This document shows positions 47,052 through 51,789 of a stretch of DNA of 51,789 nt, piece by piece. This DNA comes from Tubiluchus corallicola (lineage: Eukaryota > Animalia > Priapulida). The translations under genes were made by a program, and so were the position numbers. The notes beneath the pieces are model-generated. The model made no database searches and was not told the DNA's origin. It saw only the letters and a program-made list of their open reading frames with translations. Position 1 is the stretch's first letter. Every line of letters begins with the position of its first letter. The stretch spans positions 1 through 51,789 of the forward strand of contig JAQGDQ010001254.1 of the NCBI GenBank assembly GCA_030141605.1, given 5' to 3'.

Positions 47052-47399
47052 CATGTATAACTCGTTTGTGAAAAGAGTATAGACAGGCGCTTACAAGTAA
47101 TGTTTTTGTTGCATTTTGTTAATTTAAGCCTGCACACTAGGCACAGGTTGTGCCTCTCCTCATTTAAGAAGAATTTTTCTGCAGCCTATTTCTAATAAGG
47201 TCATGTGGAATTTTACAGTTACATGTAGAGGCCAACCAGATTGGCTTATTGTAATAAAGACGACATAAGACTACGTCTACAAGCTCTATTTATAGCTTGG
47301 TATAATTAAAACAAAAAATTAAAGATTGTATTAATATGTGATACCAGTTTATAAATACAAGGAAAAAACAACATTTAACCTTGTTGTAGAGTTTTGCGA

Positions 47400-47556
47400 T
47401 CTCTCCCCCTCTCTCTGTCTCTGTCCCTGTCACTCTTGTCTCTCTCTTTCTCTCTGTGTCTCTGTCTCTCTCTCTCTCCTTCTTTTCTTTCACTCTCTCT
47501 TTCTGTCCTCTCTATCTCTCTGCCTTTCTGTCTTTCTTTCTGTCTTTCTCTCTCTT

Positions 47557-47601
<45 letters not shown>

Positions 47602-47608
47602 CTCTCCA
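47400..47608. repeat. (CT)n-rich microsatellite
   Basis: Direct reading. Confidence 0.95.
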
Positions 47609-48788
47609 ACTTGTCAACTTGTGAATGCATCATACAGGTAAAGCAAATGCTATTTTGTTTTCTAAATGATCACTACCTTCCCAAATTAGTCTACGTCAAG
47701 TGTTGCGTACGTTCGCGTTCTCTTATTCAATGTAGATTTGTGCAATGTAACTTAACGATGATGTTTCTGAAAGGTTTCCAGTCTTCATTCTAGGCGTGTA
47801 AACATCTGTTTTCTTAATTAACAGCTGGTTTCAACAGCTAAATTGTTGTTACTTTACAGACCATCAATCATTTTCATGGTTCTGGAGTCTGTGAGTCTGT
47901 GAATCACACGAGATTCATGACAGATTCCCTGCAAGAACCGGTTTCTTACTTACCGTTTCTGCCGGGTTAGATTGTCTGAATAAAAAAGATGGCTTACCCT
48001 TTGCTTGGAACTAGGCGTAGTTAACGGAAAACCGAACCCAATCTTACACCGTAGCTCAAAGCAATCTACTCTATAAAACGTTGAAATCGAGGTATTTTTT
48101 TCAAAAATGACTAACGTAAAAGAATTATTGCCACACAAACACAATTTCGCGTTCGCGTCACTAGTTCTTGCCTGTTACATGCATTTCGCCATTCGCTAGT
48201 TAGACGGGAACTAGCGCCTGCATGTCAGGGAACGCGTTGCAGAAAAAACAAGTTGTGTACCACTTATCATTTGCGATGTAAGACACACGTTCGAGAGCAT
48301 GAGCAATGCGGGAAATTTGAATTTTAAACTTAAAATTTGCTGACTGTATATCACACTGAATGTTGTACAGTAGTACTGTACTTCAATTTTCGCTTTTGCA
48401 AACGCGTGCAACACGCTCATGGAATGTTTGTGCTGTTTAAAATTATGTTCAATCGTGACGTCATTACTAGTTCGGCTCGCCAGCAGTTAATTAAGTTTTT
48501 AATGTAATGTTCCGGGGTTCGACCCGGTAGATAGCCTTACGGCTCGCCATCGGTGATGCGGGTAAGCGCTGCATAACGGACACTCCAGAAATTAAAAAAA
48601 AAGAAACTACAAAACCAAAACTTAGAATTCAAAAGGGACGGCTGAGAAGAACAACACAATAGAAAAAAAACCTGATGACAATGCTTCAAACCTTACGGAA
48701 TCACGACACTCGGCAGGCAGACAGGAGAAGTGCATTCCACGACAACCAGAAGACAACTGACGATGTCACGTGTTCGTTCTTTCCACAG

Positions 48789-48813
48789 GAAACCACTGCT
48801 CAACCAATCGCAG
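48789..48813 (+). other. Candidate 25-nt micro-exon (ETTAQPIA if phase 0)
   Basis: Branch-like CTGAC at 48757-48761, TTCGTTCTTTCCACAG acceptor and CAG|GTAATG donor. Confidence 0.4.
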
Positions 48814-50912
48814 GTAATGTTATGGGCTTCCTAGTTTAAAGTGGAGGTCATAACATTACCTGTAGGTTGGCTGGCCTGGTGCCTATGAATAGAACTGTAT
48901 AATGCAGTTCCCTGTTCAGCTCAATATTATTCAAATATCAGAAACACTTATTACGGCATCGGTGTAGATATTAAAAAGTATATTTTTTACCGTGCTTCAA
49001 TATGGATTATGATTTATGAACAACCACACTGTATTCATTTAAGTCAGAAAGTCTTTAGCATTGTTCTCCCGCTGTGTAAACGTGATTATAACTGAACGCC
49101 TGCACGCCACCTGTGAAGTACTAATTATCCTAACCTTAAATATTTTGCTTTTTTATGGCACGTATTATGTTTATTGAACCCTAGAACAGAACACAAAAGA
49201 TCAAGATATGTATACAATAGACGTAAAATGTAACAGACAACAACAATAATACAAAGAAACCACGTGTCTATGGTATAATGGTTCAAGCACAGAAACACAT
49301 ACAACATATTATTATTATAAATTTTTTATTTGTACATTGTGTACAAATACTAATTATAATAAAATATGTACAAATGCTGCCCTCTGTTAGCAGGGCAAAA
49401 TTATTTAACGGTTAATACAATCAAAAAGGGAGTTAAATATACGTATATAAGTTGATATCACAATGACGTTATAAATTGTTTACAAAATGTATGTCTCTTT
49501 TTCTTACATAAATAAAATTATCTAGTCGTATAAACAAATAAGGTACTTTAAGGTTGGCATGAAACCACCAGGTAAGTAACTCGTAAAATAAACCATTTCT
49601 GAAGACGCTGCTGCAGAGAATTAATGAGTTAGGCCTGTCTATCAGCAAATCGAAAAAAGTTAATACAAGTAAGGATAAACGTACTTACTGGGCGACATTG
49701 TATGCCCATGACCATACGGCTGCCACGAAACGAACTGCTTGACAAGGGTGAATTTGCCAGTTTAAAGATGTGATGTGTTTAACAATGAACGAAAAACAAT
49801 GTCCAGACAACTTAATGGGTTTTAGGAAAACGCAAAACTCATTGTCCGACATTACCCCATTTCATCCTACTCGTTGTTCTACAGGTATTTTTTCGGCTTA
49901 TGATATCTACCGATTTATGGACAATTATACGCGACCTGTTCGTTAGGTACAATGCAAACTGTGTGAGTGACAGTACTTTCTTTATCTGGATTCAGACATG
50001 TGCGCATGGTCGCATGCGTACAGCAGCCAAACACCGCGTCGTTGGAGATCACTATGCTGGGCTGTGATGCAAACAGTCTGTGAAGAAAGAAAATACAAAA
50101 AAGTAGCTTTTTCTCGCAGAAACCGCAACCGTTAAAAAACTTTTCTATTTGCGTCCGATATAATTTTGCTAAAACATCTTTGAAATGACAGGCACCAATG
50201 TACTTATGTTCAAACGAGGGTCAGAAAAGTAGTTTGCAGTGGCGACCTGTAGTTAAAACAACTGGGGGTGGGGGTGGGTGGGGGTGCTGCTTTAGAAAAA
50301 GCTTAGCCATTGTTTTAAAACTGTGTAAAACTAAACACACATAAGCACGTGACAACGTTTTAAGCAGGTGACAACTACCAACAAACTGTGTGAGTGATAC
50401 TTTCTCTACATAGCAGCAGACGCTAGTAGTGCAGAGAACAGCGTGTTATCGCAGACATGTGCGCATAGCCGCATGCGCACAACAGCCAAACACACCACAA
50501 TACTGGCCTGTGAAGCAAACAATACTACCCTTACACAAGTATAAAGAACTAAAAGAAGAAGACTTGAAAATAGGGGGCGCTGCAGTTCCACAGTACCTAA
50601 ACACGAGCCGCCACAGACTAAGTTAGAACAAGAATCAGGGAGAGTACAAAAACATTCCTCTTTTATATCACCCTACTCGTTGTCCTACAGGTATTTTTTC
50701 GGCTTAGGATATCCACCGATTTGTGGACAATTATACGCGACCTGTTCGTTCGATACATTGCAAACTGTCTACCCGTATCTAACAAAGTCCTGCAAATGTT
50801 TGTTATAGCGGCTTGCTTAACGTTGCATGTTTTAACTCATCAGAGGTTGACATAGATATGAATAGCGTCGATTCAGTAAAAATATTACTCAGGTAAATGC
50901 TACTATTTGCAG

Positions 50913-50961
50913 GTGTCGCACGACGGCAAACACCTGCTAATTGGTTTGGGCACGTTTACAG
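50913..50961 (+). other. Candidate 49-nt exon (VSHDGKHLLIGLGTFT)
   Basis: TATTTGCAG acceptor and ACAG|GTAAGC donor. The peptide resembles a beta-propeller S-x-D-G-K strand motif. Confidence 0.35.
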
Positions 50962-51006
50962 GTAAGCAGTTCTTGTTTGTTTTTGTTGTTATTGCCGTGC
51001 AGGGTA

Positions 51007-51124
51007 CATCTGAACACGTGTCCCGTGTTTTCAAGGATCCTCTAGTGCAGTGTTCCCCAAACTTTTCACATCTGAACACGTGTCCCGTGTTTTCAAGGAT
51101 CCTCTAGTGCAGTGTTCCCCAAAC
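51007..51124. repeat. Two-copy 61-bp tandem duplication ending in a hAT-like terminus CAGTGTTCCCCAAACT
   Basis: Direct reading. Confidence 0.9.
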
Positions 51125-51129
51125 TATTC

Positions 51130-51580
51130 TAGTACGTACTGCCCACACTGTATCTTGACACTAGGCGGAGGAGCTGCACAAGGCAGCGAACGGCTAGAGG
51201 GCGGAGGCGGTCAAGTGACCCAACGACCCAACGGCCATGTGTAGAGGAGTAAACCTTCCAAATCAGGAGTGGAGCCCCGAAGGGGGACCAGTGCTGCATG
51301 CTCACTGACTCCAGCAGCTCCTGCAGCCAACCTGGTGCCAAACGTATCGCTCCGCTTTCCTTCGGACTACACCAGGGAGGAAGAGAGAGGTTCCTGTTGT
51401 CTGGGCAACTCAGGATCTCCATACACCTTGCCCAGGCGTGCACCCTGGAGACGTTCAAGGATCGGACTGCTCAGCCACAGTCGACGCTGCAGCTCCATCA
51501 ATGTGATCAATAACTGACTCTCTTGGCGCACACTCCATTGTCTTCCGAGACAGAAGGAAGGATGCCAACAAACCGACCCC
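51130..51580 (+). mobile_element. Decayed CR1/L2-like ORF2 C-terminus and 3' UTR
   Basis: GC-rich block encoding GGRERFLL...RISIH...AQACTLETFKDR, similar to the LINE terminal LE.FK motif. Confidence 0.45.
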
Positions 51581-51789
51581 TTTCAGTAGTACCAAACCTA
51601 CTATGACCCCCCCACCTTTATAAGCCTTCTGAAAACTTACTAAGTTTTAATATCGCAGGTGCGTTATTTTAAAATTTAAAAGATCAGTCACAGTACAGAG
51701 AGAGCAATAACTAAAAAATGTTTGTTTATTGTTCATTAATATACATTTATAAAAAGTATACGTTAAAATAATGAATTGTAAAACAACAA

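Noticed and set aside
50893-50912. 20-nt intron GTAAATGCTACTATTTGCAG
   Set aside because: It is too short for a typical animal spliceosomal intron, and joining the flanks in the upstream open frame gives an early stop. The sites are more likely alternative or chance.

Overview
AT-rich, repeat-dense eukaryotic genomic DNA, most likely from an invertebrate animal. There are no prokaryotic operons, rRNA genes, bona fide tRNA genes or CRISPR arrays, and most long ORFs in the track are micro/minisatellite artefacts. Supported content: (1) The last two coding exons of a + strand host gene (3236-3456 and 8902-9093), with canonical phase-compatible splice sites. They encode a helical C-terminus with a weak by-eye resemblance to the gasdermin C-terminal domain. 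(2) A near-perfect 1292-bp inverted duplication (333-1624 / 2724-4015) that puts an antisense copy of the penultimate exon about 2.1 kb upstream of it. The only two mismatches I found between the arms are synonymous in that exon. (3) A three-level transposon nest in the last intron: TTAA-flanked MITE > hAT MITE with a perfect 8-bp TSD > young 5'-truncated RTE-X-like LINE with an intact RT ORF. The 3' end of a second, nearly identical LINE copy is at 1-342. (4) A candidate promoter/first exon at about 16.2-16.4 kb and scattered candidate small exons downstream, one of which has its donor site buried in a hairpin. (5) Many MITEs, LINE/SINE/LTR remnants and a probable fossil DIRS/Ngaro element. 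(6) At least ten tandem arrays, several visibly seeded from retroelement sequence. All family assignments are by eye, with no database searches.
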